A program made the position numbers and the translations under genes. Shown here one piece after another: positions 1 through 7,984 of a DNA stretch of 52,042 nt (its first letter is position 1; every line of letters starts with the position of its first letter). The stretch is from NCBI GenBank assembly GCA_041571435.1, contig JBFFUI010000012.1, positions 1 through 52,042 of the forward strand, read 5' to 3'. The notes under the pieces are model-generated. The model made no database searches, was not told the DNA's origin, and saw nothing but the letters and a program-made list of their open reading frames with translations. This DNA is from Sulfurimonadaceae bacterium (lineage in GTDB: Bacteria; Campylobacterota; Campylobacteria; Campylobacterales; Sulfurimonadaceae).

Positions 1-348
1 CAGAACCGCGACAAGGTGATAGAGCGTTTCACAAGCGGCGAAGCCCACGTCTTTCTTATCTCCCTCAAAGCCGGAGGCGTCGGCCTCAACCTCACCCAGG
101 CCGACACGGTGATCCACTACGACCCGTGGTGGAACCCCGCCACAGAAGATCAGGCCACCGACCGCGCCTACCGCATCGGACAGGAGAAGCCGGTCTTCGT
201 CTACAAGCTCATCATCGAGGAGTCCGTAGAAGAGAAGATCCTAACCCTGCAAGAGCAGAAAAAGCAGCTCTCCAACTCGCTCTTTAGTGAGGAAGAAGAG
301 GGCGTTGCGGCGCTCGATGCTGAGAGTCTGCTGGAGCTGTTCCGTTAA
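1..348 (+). CDS. SNF2-family (SWI2/SNF2) helicase, C-terminal part; 5' end lies outside the window
   Basis: HELICc motifs [25 protein letters not shown] and [11 protein letters not shown]; the frame is open from base 1. Confidence 0.92.
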   Translation, partial: QNRDKVIERFTSGEAHVFLISLKAGGVGLNLTQADTVIHYDPWWNPATEDQATDRAYRIGQEKPVFVYKLIIEESVEEKILTLQEQKKQLSNSLFSEEEEGVAALDAESLLELFR

Positions 349-409
349 TTAGACGGATTATAGTAGTCAATACGCCAACGTAGAACAGAACCTGCAAAAC
401 GTGTTGAAG

Positions 410-418
410 TGCTATAAT
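410..418 (+). promoter_or_regulatory. Extended -10 promoter element (TGnTATAAT) upstream of the PhyH-like gene
   Basis: TGCTATAAT lies 35 nt before the ATG at 454. Confidence 0.5.
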
Positions 419-453
419 CAATAATCTAACGAAAATGAATGGGTGGGTAGGAA

Positions 454-1232
454 ATGCGAATAGCGTCTTTACCAAAAGGGAAACTGTGGTTCGACTATGC
501 GAACTATAAGCAGCAACCGCGTTTTCTACATCTTTCAGACAAAGAGAAAGCGATTGTCGAGCAGTTCAAAAAAGAGGGCTGCTACCTCTATAAAAATGCC
601 ATAGATGACGATGTCGTAGAAGCGATCAATGACGCACTCGACAACTGGACGGTCGACAACATCTCCAGCCTGGTGGCCAACAAAAGACCGGACGGCACCT
701 ACCCGAGGCTCATCGGCCTCGACGACGAGGTGCCCGTCATCGAGACGCTCTTCTCCCACGACACCGTCCGCAGGCTCCAGTCACTGCTTTTCGGCGGCGG
801 CGACGCACTCCGCACCACGATCACCTTTGTGCAGGGAAGCCAGCAGCCGCTGCACCGCGACATCCCCATCTTCAACGTCGCCCCCGACGCGCTCTACTTC
901 AGGATGTGGATCGCCCTCGAAGACGCGACCGCCGAGAACGGCACCCTGACCTGCGTCAAAGGGGGCCACAGGGTGGCGGTTGAGAGGCACAAGATGGCGC
1001 ACAAGTTCTACACCCATTTCGACGACATCCCCGAACAGGACCCCGACCTCTGGCGCAGCCATCAGGAAGAGCTAAGAAGGCATACAAAGAGGCCGGTCTA
1101 AAAGAAGAACCCATCGAACTCGCCAAAGGCGACCTCCTCATCTGGCATCCGCTCTTTCCGCACGGCGGGAGTGAAATCGAAAATAAACAGTTAAGCAGGC
1201 GGTCTGTTGTTTTGCATGTCACGCTTAAATAG
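454..1232 (+). pseudogene. Phytanoyl-CoA dioxygenase (PhyH) family Fe(II)/2OG oxygenase with a frameshift near 1073
   Basis: HxD motif (LHRD) and WIALEDAT..NG in ORF 454-1101; the C-terminal half-site (KGDLLIWHPLFPHGG...RRSVVLH) is in the -1 frame and ends at TAG 1230-1232. Confidence 0.8.
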
Positions 1233-1271
1233 TCTTATTGTCTAAAAATAACTAATTTTGTGTTCAAATAT

Positions 1272-1300
1272 TTGCCATTTAAGTCAGTATTACATAGAAT
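1272..1300 (+). promoter_or_regulatory. Sigma70-type promoter placed like an integron Pc
   Basis: TTGCCA (1272-1277), 17-nt spacer, TAGAAT (1295-1300), ending 15 nt before the cassette crossover at 1316. Confidence 0.6.
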
Positions 1301-1303
1301 GTG

Positions 1304-1322
1304 CACTAATAAATAGTTCGGC
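1304..1322 (+). mobile_element. attI-like recombination site (L box CACTAAT, 5-bp spacer AAATA, core GTTCGGC)
   Basis: Core GTTCGGC is the exact reverse complement of the cassette inverse core GCCGAAC (1850-1856); the L box and spacer resemble class 2 attI (ACTAATAAAATGTT, recalled from memory). Confidence 0.55.
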
Positions 1323-1919
1323 CCCTTGGAGGAATGATGAAGAAAATACTACTTAGCCTTGCCGTTTTACTAGGCGGTTGCCTTGGATATCCTGACACGG
1401 TGAAGCCCGTTAATAACTTCGAATTGGAGCGGTATTTGGGGAAATGGTATGAAATCGCAAGATTTGATCATTCATTCGAGCGTGGCCTTGAATCAGTTAC
1501 TGCCGAGTATAGTTTAAGAGATGACGGTGGAGTGGTTGTCAAAAATCGTGGGTATTCTGTTGAAGAAAAGGAATGGAGTGAGTCGGTTGGTAAAGCGTAT
1601 TTTGTGCAAGACAAAAGTACAGGATATTTAAAGGTTTCATTCTTTGGTCCGTTTTACGCTCCGTATGTTATTTTTGAGTTGGATGAGAAAGATTATCAAT
1701 ACGCTTTTATAACAAGTTCGAGTCATTCTTATATTTGGTTTCTTTCGAGAACACCCACAGTATCTGAAGAATTAAAAAATAAGTTTAAAGAGAATATAAA
1801 AAGTAATGGGTTTAATCCGGATAATCTGATCTGGGTTGATCACGAAGTGGCCGAACAATAGCTTGCATGGGACAACGCACCGCGGGTTCCCCACGGCGCG
1901 TCGCCCATGAAGCTAAGCG
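1317..1919 (+). mobile_element. Integron gene cassette carrying the lipocalin gene
   Basis: Bounded by G/TT at 1316/1317 and G/TT at 1919/1920; single ORF starting 17 nt into the cassette; stop codon lies inside attC; visibly more AT-rich than the flanking genes. Confidence 0.85.
1334..1861 (+). CDS. blc: Outer-membrane lipoprotein lipocalin (Blc family)
   Basis: Lipobox LLGGC, GKWYEIARFDHSFERG, LKVSFFGPFY, WFLSRTP. Confidence 0.93.
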   Translation: MMKKILLSLAVLLGGCLGYPDTVKPVNNFELERYLGKWYEIARFDHSFERGLESVTAEYSLRDDGGVVVKNRGYSVEEKEWSESVGKAYFVQDKSTGYLKVSFFGPFYAPYVIFELDEKDYQYAFITSSSHSYIWFLSRTPTVSEELKNKFKENIKSNGFNPDNLIWVDHEVAEQ

Positions 1920-1925
1920 TTATTT
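1850..1925 (+). mobile_element. attC site (59-be), 76 bp
   Basis: R'' GCCGAAC, AATAG, L'' CTTGCATG ... L' CATGAAG, CTAAGC, R' GTTATTT; extrahelical bases at 1865 and 1872; the central stem closes on a TTC loop (GAA on the bottom strand). Confidence 0.9.
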
Positions 1926-1944
1926 GAAAAAGGATTTTCAGTAA

Positions 1945-2733
1945 ATGATTACAATATCAATGTTGACTAGTGGTGCCCTTACAGTAATTACAGAACTTTG
2001 GTATCTCATACCTATTGCTCTGATTGTTCTCTTTTTCAAATCACCTTTCGGCAAAGGTCTAATGGGTGAGATGCTGGTCAACTTTGCAGCGAATGTCCGG
2101 CTGGACAAGAACAGGTACCATCTGCTTAAAAACGTCACGCTGCCGACTGAGGACGGAACGACGCAGATCGACCATGTCGTTGTGTCGGAGTATGGGGTTT
2201 TTGTGATAGAGACGAAGAACATGAAAGGGTGGATATTTGGGAATGAAAAGCAGAAGAGCTGGACTCAGAAGATATACAGACATACGAACACTTTTCAAAA
2301 CCCGCTGCATCAAAACTACAAGCACGTCAAGACCATAGAGTCGGCACTCGATACAGAGCCGGGCAAGATCTTTTCGGTTGTTGTCTTTGTCGGTGACAGC
2401 ACCTTTAAGACAGAGATGCCGCCCAATGTCACTTATATGGGTGGTTTTGTACGTTATATCAATTCCAAGAGAGAGAAGATCATCTCTCCTGCTGAGGTCA
2501 GACAGATCGTTTCGCAAATAGAGTCCGGCAGACTGACGAACAGTTTTAAAACACACAGAGAAAATGTCAGACATGTTAAAGAGATCGTCAAAGAGAAAGT
2601 AAATACAAACGTCTGCCCGAAATGCGGCAGTCCACTGGTTTTGCGCGTGGCAAAGCAGGGTGCCAACAGAGGCAATGAGTTTTACGGCTGCAGCAGTTAT
2701 CCGAAGTGTCGGCACACCGCGCAAGTGGTTTGA
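1945..2733 (+). CDS. NERD-domain nuclease-related protein with C-terminal topoisomerase-type C4 zinc ribbon
   Basis: TQIDHVVVSEYGVFVIETKNMKG and FQNPLHQN motifs; CPKCG...FYGCSSYPKC. Confidence 0.9.
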   Translation: MITISMLTSGALTVITELWYLIPIALIVLFFKSPFGKGLMGEMLVNFAANVRLDKNRYHLLKNVTLPTEDGTTQIDHVVVSEYGVFVIETKNMKGWIFGNEKQKSWTQKIYRHTNTFQNPLHQNYKHVKTIESALDTEPGKIFSVVVFVGDSTFKTEMPPNVTYMGGFVRYINSKREKIISPAEVRQIVSQIESGRLTNSFKTHRENVRHVKEIVKEKVNTNVCPKCGSPLVLRVAKQGANRGNEFYGCSSYPKCRHTAQVV

Positions 2734-2770
2734 TTAGAGTTAGTTGTGTCCAAGTTTAGGAGAAAGAAAC

Positions 2771-3322
2771 ATGGTTAGGTCATTTTTTAAAAAGATGAGA
2801 GGCGGTGAGGTCTCCCCGCCGAGAAAACCATTCAGCAAGATCGCATGGTCCTGGCTTGGTGCTTTTGTGGGTATCTACCTGGTCTCTGTTGTGAGCAGGC
2901 TCTCCCATGCAGATCTGCTGAACAGTCTGTTTCTGGTGGCTTCCTTCGGGGCGTCTGCCGTCTTGATCTACGGTGCCCCGCAGGCAGAGTTCTCTCAGCC
3001 TCGAAATCTGATCGGCGGGCATCTCATATCGGCAGTGGTGGGTGTCACGGTCTACAAGTTCTTGCCTCTAGACGTGACAGTGATGGGGGCGCTGGCGGTC
3101 TCACTGGCCCTTGTGGCGATGCACTATACCCGCACGCTTCATCCGCCCGGCGGTGCTACCGCGCTCATCGCGGTTATTGGAAGCACCGAAATACATAATA
3201 TGGGATATTTCTTTGTCCTCTCGCCGATCGGGACGGGGGCTCTCATTATGCTGATCGTTGCACTTGTCATCAACAACCTCTCCGGTAACCCAAAGCGCCA
3301 TTATCCAAGATACTGGATGTAA
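2771..3322 (+). CDS. HPP family membrane protein
   Basis: SFGASAVL, SQPRNLIGGH and LHPPGGATAL motifs; SD AGGAGA before ATG 2771. Confidence 0.9.
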   Translation: MVRSFFKKMRGGEVSPPRKPFSKIAWSWLGAFVGIYLVSVVSRLSHADLLNSLFLVASFGASAVLIYGAPQAEFSQPRNLIGGHLISAVVGVTVYKFLPLDVTVMGALAVSLALVAMHYTRTLHPPGGATALIAVIGSTEIHNMGYFFVLSPIGTGALIMLIVALVINNLSGNPKRHYPRYWM

Positions 3323-3461
3323 GGGGTCCGGCAATACCTAACATCATGTCCTGCAGTGTCATTATCTCTTCTCTAAATATGCTAGACTAATCCTATGGCA
3401 ACACAAGGTGGACGACCATGAAAATGACTGTTTCTGTAAAACAGTCTTATAAAGGGGTAAC

Positions 3462-3743
3462 ATGAATCCGGCAAAAGTCATTCGCGAAAAAGTCGAAAAA
3501 CTGACGGACCTTCCCAACATCGGTCCTGCATTGGCGAAAGAGCTGCGGTTCATCGGCATCGAGACGCCACAGCAGCTTAAAGGCAAAGACCCGCGCGATC
3601 TCTACAATACACTATGCGAAAAGAGGGGCAAGCGCCACGACCCCTGTGTGCTCGACGTTTTTATGTCTATCACCGACTTTATGAACGGCGGGGTGCCCCG
3701 CGTCTGGTGGGACTACACCAACGAGCGCAAAGGTCTTATGTAA
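3462..3743 (+). CDS. Helix-hairpin-helix protein (Cdd1 / mitomycin-resistance family)
   Basis: LTDLPNIGPALA, HDPCVLDVF and WWDYT motifs. Confidence 0.85.
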   Translation: MNPAKVIREKVEKLTDLPNIGPALAKELRFIGIETPQQLKGKDPRDLYNTLCEKRGKRHDPCVLDVFMSITDFMNGGVPRVWWDYTNERKGLM

Positions 3744-3830
3744 ACAACAGCATTTAAGAAAGTGCAACTTGTATCAATTCTATACAGCCAACCATGCAAT
3801 TGCCGCCCATTTATAGTCTATAATCCGTCT

Positions 3831-5432
3831 ATGGAACAACTATTACTTGCTATCTTTTTGACACTGGCCATCGCCTCTGTATTGAGCATCATTTTGAAAC
3901 GGTTCGGTATATCACACATCATCGGTTACATCATGACCGGAACGATTGTCAGCTACCTTTTCGGATTTAACGGCATCCGCATCGACACGCTCGACCTTGT
4001 TGGGGAGTTTGGTATCGTCTTTCTGATGTTCACAATTGGGCTGGAACTGAGCCTGAACAGGATCAAGAAGATGAAAGAGCTTCTTCTTGCCAACGGATTG
4101 CTGCAGGTGCTATTCAGTGTGGCGGTCATCTTCGGTATGGCCTACTTTGTCTTCGGGCTCGACTTCAACACTGCCATTATCGTCTCCCTGGCCTTCTCCC
4201 TCTCCTCGACGGCGATCGTGCTGACGTACTTGAAAAAGTCAAAAGACATTCTTACACCGTACGGGCAGAAGTCCATGGGGATTCTCATCTTTCAGGACCT
4301 TGCGGTGATCCCCATCTTGCTGCTCATCACCTTTTTGTCAAACGACACCCTCTCGATCATGGAAGTGCTTACGAAAACGGTGCTGTCGGCCATTGTCGTG
4401 GTCGTCGTGATGTTCACCGTGGGTGAAAAGACGGTAAACGCCCTGTTGAAGTTCTCGGCCAAGACAGAGCTTGAAGAGCTCTTTTTGGGTTCGGTCTTTG
4501 CCATCGTCATCGGCGCCTCTTTGATGGCGCACGAGATGGGGTTTACTTATTCGCTCGGCGCGTTTATCGCGGGGATGATCATCGCCGACACCGACTACAG
4601 CGTCAAAGTCGAGTCGGACATCGCGAGTTACAAAGACCTGCTACTTGGCGTCTTCTTCTTCAGCGTCGGTACGAAGATCGATGTCATCTACTTTATGGAG
4701 AACATCCACTTTATCTTTGGTGTCTTTGTGCTGGTCATGCTCTTTAAAGCCGTCGTCATCTATGCGATCATCCGCCGCAACTCCGATAAAAACACTTCGG
4801 CCAAAACGGCGTTGGCGCTGGCACAGGTCGGGGAGTTCTCTTTTGCGGTCTTTGCGCTGGCCGGTTCGCAGGGGCTCATCACCAAAGAGACGGCGAGCTT
4901 TCTTATATTGGTGAGCGTCATCTCCATGATCCTGACCCCGTTTGTCGTCAGCCATATCTACAAGCTCTCATCGTATTTTGAAAAAGAGTTCTACGAGGCT
5001 GATGTGATTACGCCCATTGGACTCAGAGACCACATCGTCGTCGCCGGGTTCTCCATGCTCGGAAAGATCGTATCTAAGGATCTCAAAGAGCAGGGTGTAG
5101 ACTTTGTTATCATCTCGGACAACCTAAAGCAGGTCCTGCATGCCCGAAAGCTCGGTTATATGGCCTACTTCGGTCACCTGAACAAGCTGCCGGTTCTGGA
5201 GTCTCTGAAGGTGGACGAGGCCAAAGCGGTCATTCTTACGGTGCAGAGTGAACATAACAAACGTCTCATCAGCGAAGCGGTACGCAGCTTTTCAAGCCGA
5301 GTACAGATCGTGATGAAGATCGACAGCGTTGCCGAACGTAAACAAATGCGCGATCTTGATGCAGTGGCGTTTGTCGATGCGAGTTTTGAGATATCGCATC
5401 TGCTGGTCAACCGTGCAATCAACCGGAGTTGA
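3831..5432 (+). CDS. CPA2 cation:proton antiporter (KefB/KefC-like) with TrkA-N domain
   Basis: GIVFLMFTIGLE, LSSTAIV, LIFQDLAV, LAQVGEFSF; C-terminal NAD-binding-like domain. Confidence 0.9.
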   Translation: MEQLLLAIFLTLAIASVLSIILKRFGISHIIGYIMTGTIVSYLFGFNGIRIDTLDLVGEFGIVFLMFTIGLELSLNRIKKMKELLLANGLLQVLFSVAVIFGMAYFVFGLDFNTAIIVSLAFSLSSTAIVLTYLKKSKDILTPYGQKSMGILIFQDLAVIPILLLITFLSNDTLSIMEVLTKTVLSAIVVVVVMFTVGEKTVNALLKFSAKTELEELFLGSVFAIVIGASLMAHEMGFTYSLGAFIAGMIIADTDYSVKVESDIASYKDLLLGVFFFSVGTKIDVIYFMENIHFIFGVFVLVMLFKAVVIYAIIRRNSDKNTSAKTALALAQVGEFSFAVFALAGSQGLITKETASFLILVSVISMILTPFVVSHIYKLSSYFEKEFYEADVITPIGLRDHIVVAGFSMLGKIVSKDLKEQGVDFVIISDNLKQVLHARKLGYMAYFGHLNKLPVLESLKVDEAKAVILTVQSEHNKRLISEAVRSFSSRVQIVMKIDSVAERKQMRDLDAVAFVDASFEISHLLVNRAINRS

Positions 5433-5439
5433 TGCACAG

Positions 5440-5470
5440 GGCAAGTTGCGTTATTAAAACGCACAGTGCC
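5440..5470 (+). terminator. Hairpin after the antiporter gene; possible terminator
   Basis: GGCA..TGCGTT attaa AACGCA..TGCC inverted repeat; no strong U tract. Confidence 0.35.
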
Positions 5471-5587
5471 ATTAGAAAAGCAACAACGTAGTTTCAAGTA
5501 TTAAATTATGTTGTTTAAGGTTTTAGCATGTAAGATGCCTTATGCATGGACAGAGTGTTGATGCAGATAAAAAAAGGAACTCTTTAC

Positions 5588-5830
5588 ATGGAAGTAGAAA
5601 CAACACAAAGCAAACCCGTCTCAACAGGTGACTGGATCGTTACTATCATCATCGCTGCGATCCCGATCGTCAATATCATCATGCTGTTGGTCTGGGCCTT
5701 CAGTTCAGGCACTAACCCAAGCAAGGCGAACTGGGCAAAAGCATACCTGATCTTTATTGCAGTACTCATCGTACTTTATATGGCGATGTTCTTGGTTATC
5801 GGCATGAACATGGAACCGCAGAGCTACTAG
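5588..5830 (+). CDS. Small conserved membrane protein
   Basis: Hydrophobic helices, IPIVNIIMLLVWAF..NPSKANWAKA motif; SD AAGGA before ATG 5588. Confidence 0.75.
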   Translation: MEVETTQSKPVSTGDWIVTIIIAAIPIVNIIMLLVWAFSSGTNPSKANWAKAYLIFIAVLIVLYMAMFLVIGMNMEPQSY

Positions 5831-5847
5831 CTGACCTGCACACACCT

Positions 5848-5870
5848 GCTCCCATCGCTTTTGATGGGGC
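5848..5870. terminator. Hairpin between convergent genes
   Basis: CCCATC gctttt GATGGG stem. Confidence 0.4.
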
Positions 5871-5938
5871 GTTCTATCCCTTCGCAAAACGATCCCCATT
5901 TTAGTATTATTGCAATCGACTAAGATCTTAAGTGACGT

Positions 5939-7024
5939 TTACAAAAACACGACACAGTTTCTACCGCGGTTCTTTGCCATATAGAGTGCTTTATCGGCGC
6001 GTTGGATAATGGAATGGATGGTGTCTCCCTTATGGTAGAGTGTAGCACCCAGGCTGACTGTTTTTTTGCCCACTTTCTCAAAATGATGCTGCTCTATCTT
6101 CTGGCGAAGTTCCTCTGCGAGCTTGATCAGCTTCTCTTTGTCTGTTTCCAGGTAGATCAGCATGAACTCTTCACCGCCCCATCGGATGGCTTTGTCTGAT
6201 GAACGGAGGTGTTCCGTGATAAGTGAGGATATCTCTATCAAGACGTGGTCTCCGACTTGATGGCCGAAGGTGTCATTGATCTCTTTAAACAAGTCGAAGT
6301 CCAGGATGACCAGACCGAAGGTGTGGTGAAAACGTTGACTGCGGTCCAACTCGTTTTGCAGCAGTTCATCCAGTTTGGCTCGATTATAAAGCCCTGTCAG
6401 TTTATCTATCGCAACAAGTTGTGTGAGCTGCTCCTGGTTAATGAAGTCTGCTTTATACGATTCCTCCAGAAGATAGGCACCCAAAAAACCGAAAGAGAGT
6501 GCGGCACTCATCCAAAAGCAGTGCATGACAAAGTACTCTTTGTTCAGAGAAAAGAAAAAATAGGTCATGACAAATACGATTACAACGATGAAGACGGCAC
6601 TGATGGTCGCGTGGCGCAGACGCAGACCCGAAACGGTAAAGATCCAAAAGATGATGAGATAGATCTCTGTCAAACGCATGGAAGGCTGCTCCATACTGAC
6701 AGTTATGATCAGGTTCCCCAGAACTGCGATGATGGGGGCAAGCATCAATAAAATGAGCGTCAGGTTGGAGAATCTTCTGTTAAGGGTCAAGAGGCTGATG
6801 AGAAAAAGCAGCGGGGGCAGTAAATAGAGGTGGATCATGGTCATCAGCGGCAGAAGCCTGCTCGGCGCGACGAGGTGATCCAGCACTGCCGCAAGCATAT
6901 ACAGCAGACCGGTTAAGAACGTGATGGATCGAACCTGTCTCTCTTTGGTCTCTGTTATCCATTCTTCATATTTCTGTTGCACAGCCGGATCATGAATATT
7001 GACAGTGTGCGAAGAAGAGCTCAT
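5939..7024 (-). CDS. Membrane-bound GGDEF diguanylate cyclase
   Basis: Several N-terminal TM helices; DKLTGLYNR, DFDLFKEINDTFGH, RWGGEEF. Confidence 0.92.
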   Translation of the reverse strand: MSSSSHTVNIHDPAVQQKYEEWITETKERQVRSITFLTGLLYMLAAVLDHLVAPSRLLPLMTMIHLYLLPPLLFLISLLTLNRRFSNLTLILLMLAPIIAVLGNLIITVSMEQPSMRLTEIYLIIFWIFTVSGLRLRHATISAVFIVVIVFVMTYFFFSLNKEYFVMHCFWMSAALSFGFLGAYLLEESYKADFINQEQLTQLVAIDKLTGLYNRAKLDELLQNELDRSQRFHHTFGLVILDFDLFKEINDTFGHQVGDHVLIEISSLITEHLRSSDKAIRWGGEEFMLIYLETDKEKLIKLAEELRQKIEQHHFEKVGKKTVSLGATLYHKGDTIHSIIQRADKALYMAKNRGRNCVVFL

Positions 7025-7193
7025 GTTTCTGTGCTGATTCGAAATAATAGATACCTTTTAGATTTAAACTGCAGTGTATCACTACAGAAAGAGTGTTATT
7101 AATAGCCGCCTTATCTGACTATTGTATCTTATAAAGGTGTGTTTGAAAATATTTTACGCTATTTTTTAGTGTAAACAGGGCAATTTTCGCTGG

Positions 7194-7778
7194 TTACTCT
7201 ACGTTTGTCACTGCTGCTGGAGGTTTGGGAGTAGTGCTTTTTTGGAAGATCGGTTCGAGTACATCAACATGATAGGATTCGCCCATTAACAACTTTGTCA
7301 GCGCCAGCTGCCTTGCATTGGCAAACTCGATATTGCCGTTTTTTTCAATTTCAGAGATGGTCATCGTGTACCCATCAGGTATAAAAATGTCACCGAAATA
7401 GAGTTTTTCACGGCGCTCCAGCGGATCGATTCTGAGACGTCCGCTAATGTCGGCTTCGTAAAAATGGATCATATGACCGCTATGGTAGGCTATCTTAGTG
7501 GACCATACCGCTTTCATATTGTTGCTGAGAGGGTCATGTCGGCTGATTGTATTATAGTTTTTACCATCGATCTTCAAGGTCGTGTCTTCGATGATATAGC
7601 CTTTGCCGGCGAGCATCGCTTTTGTAACGATACTGCAGTCAGCACATTTTAAAGAGAGCTTTTCATCAAAGCCGTCAACGATAGATACGGTATTGCCCAA
7701 TATGGCGCGATAATCTTTTACTCTAGCGTTGTTGGTAATCTTTACAATCATGGACATACTTATGTGGAGTTGATGCAT
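7194..7778 (-). CDS. Hypothetical protein (start uncertain, possibly 7757 or 7751)
   Basis: 194-aa ORF filling an otherwise AT-rich gap; no motif recognised. Confidence 0.6.
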   Translation of the reverse strand: MHQLHISMSMIVKITNNARVKDYRAILGNTVSIVDGFDEKLSLKCADCSIVTKAMLAGKGYIIEDTTLKIDGKNYNTISRHDPLSNNMKAVWSTKIAYHSGHMIHFYEADISGRLRIDPLERREKLYFGDIFIPDGYTMTISEIEKNGNIEFANARQLALTKLLMGESYHVDVLEPIFQKSTTPKPPAAVTNVE

Positions 7779-7984
7779 TGTAGTAGATTATTTCAATAAA
7801 TTATACTTTTTTAGAAAAAAACGGTTATTTTGTGCTTTTTTTTTGATAGTTGCGTCTTATGGTAAACAATATAACAATTCAATTGTTCTGAGATGAAACT
7901 AAACGCAAACGCTCTCTATTCCAATATAAATAGTAGACTAGGTATAATTGCGTATATTATTACTATATTTACAAGGTTATCAAA

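Noticed and set aside
1246-1322. Alternative reading as a degenerate attC of a PhyH cassette (AAATAAC ... GTTCGGC, 77 bp; GTTAATT at 344)
   Set aside because: L-box pairing and the central stem are poor, and the region is AT-rich so heptamer matches are expected by chance. Promoter + attI geometry fits better. Not fully excluded.
5433-5475. GCACAGGGCAA resembles the 5' end of a c-di-GMP-I riboswitch
   Set aside because: The GAAA tetraloop stem, the GACGCAAAG segment and the second hairpin are absent.
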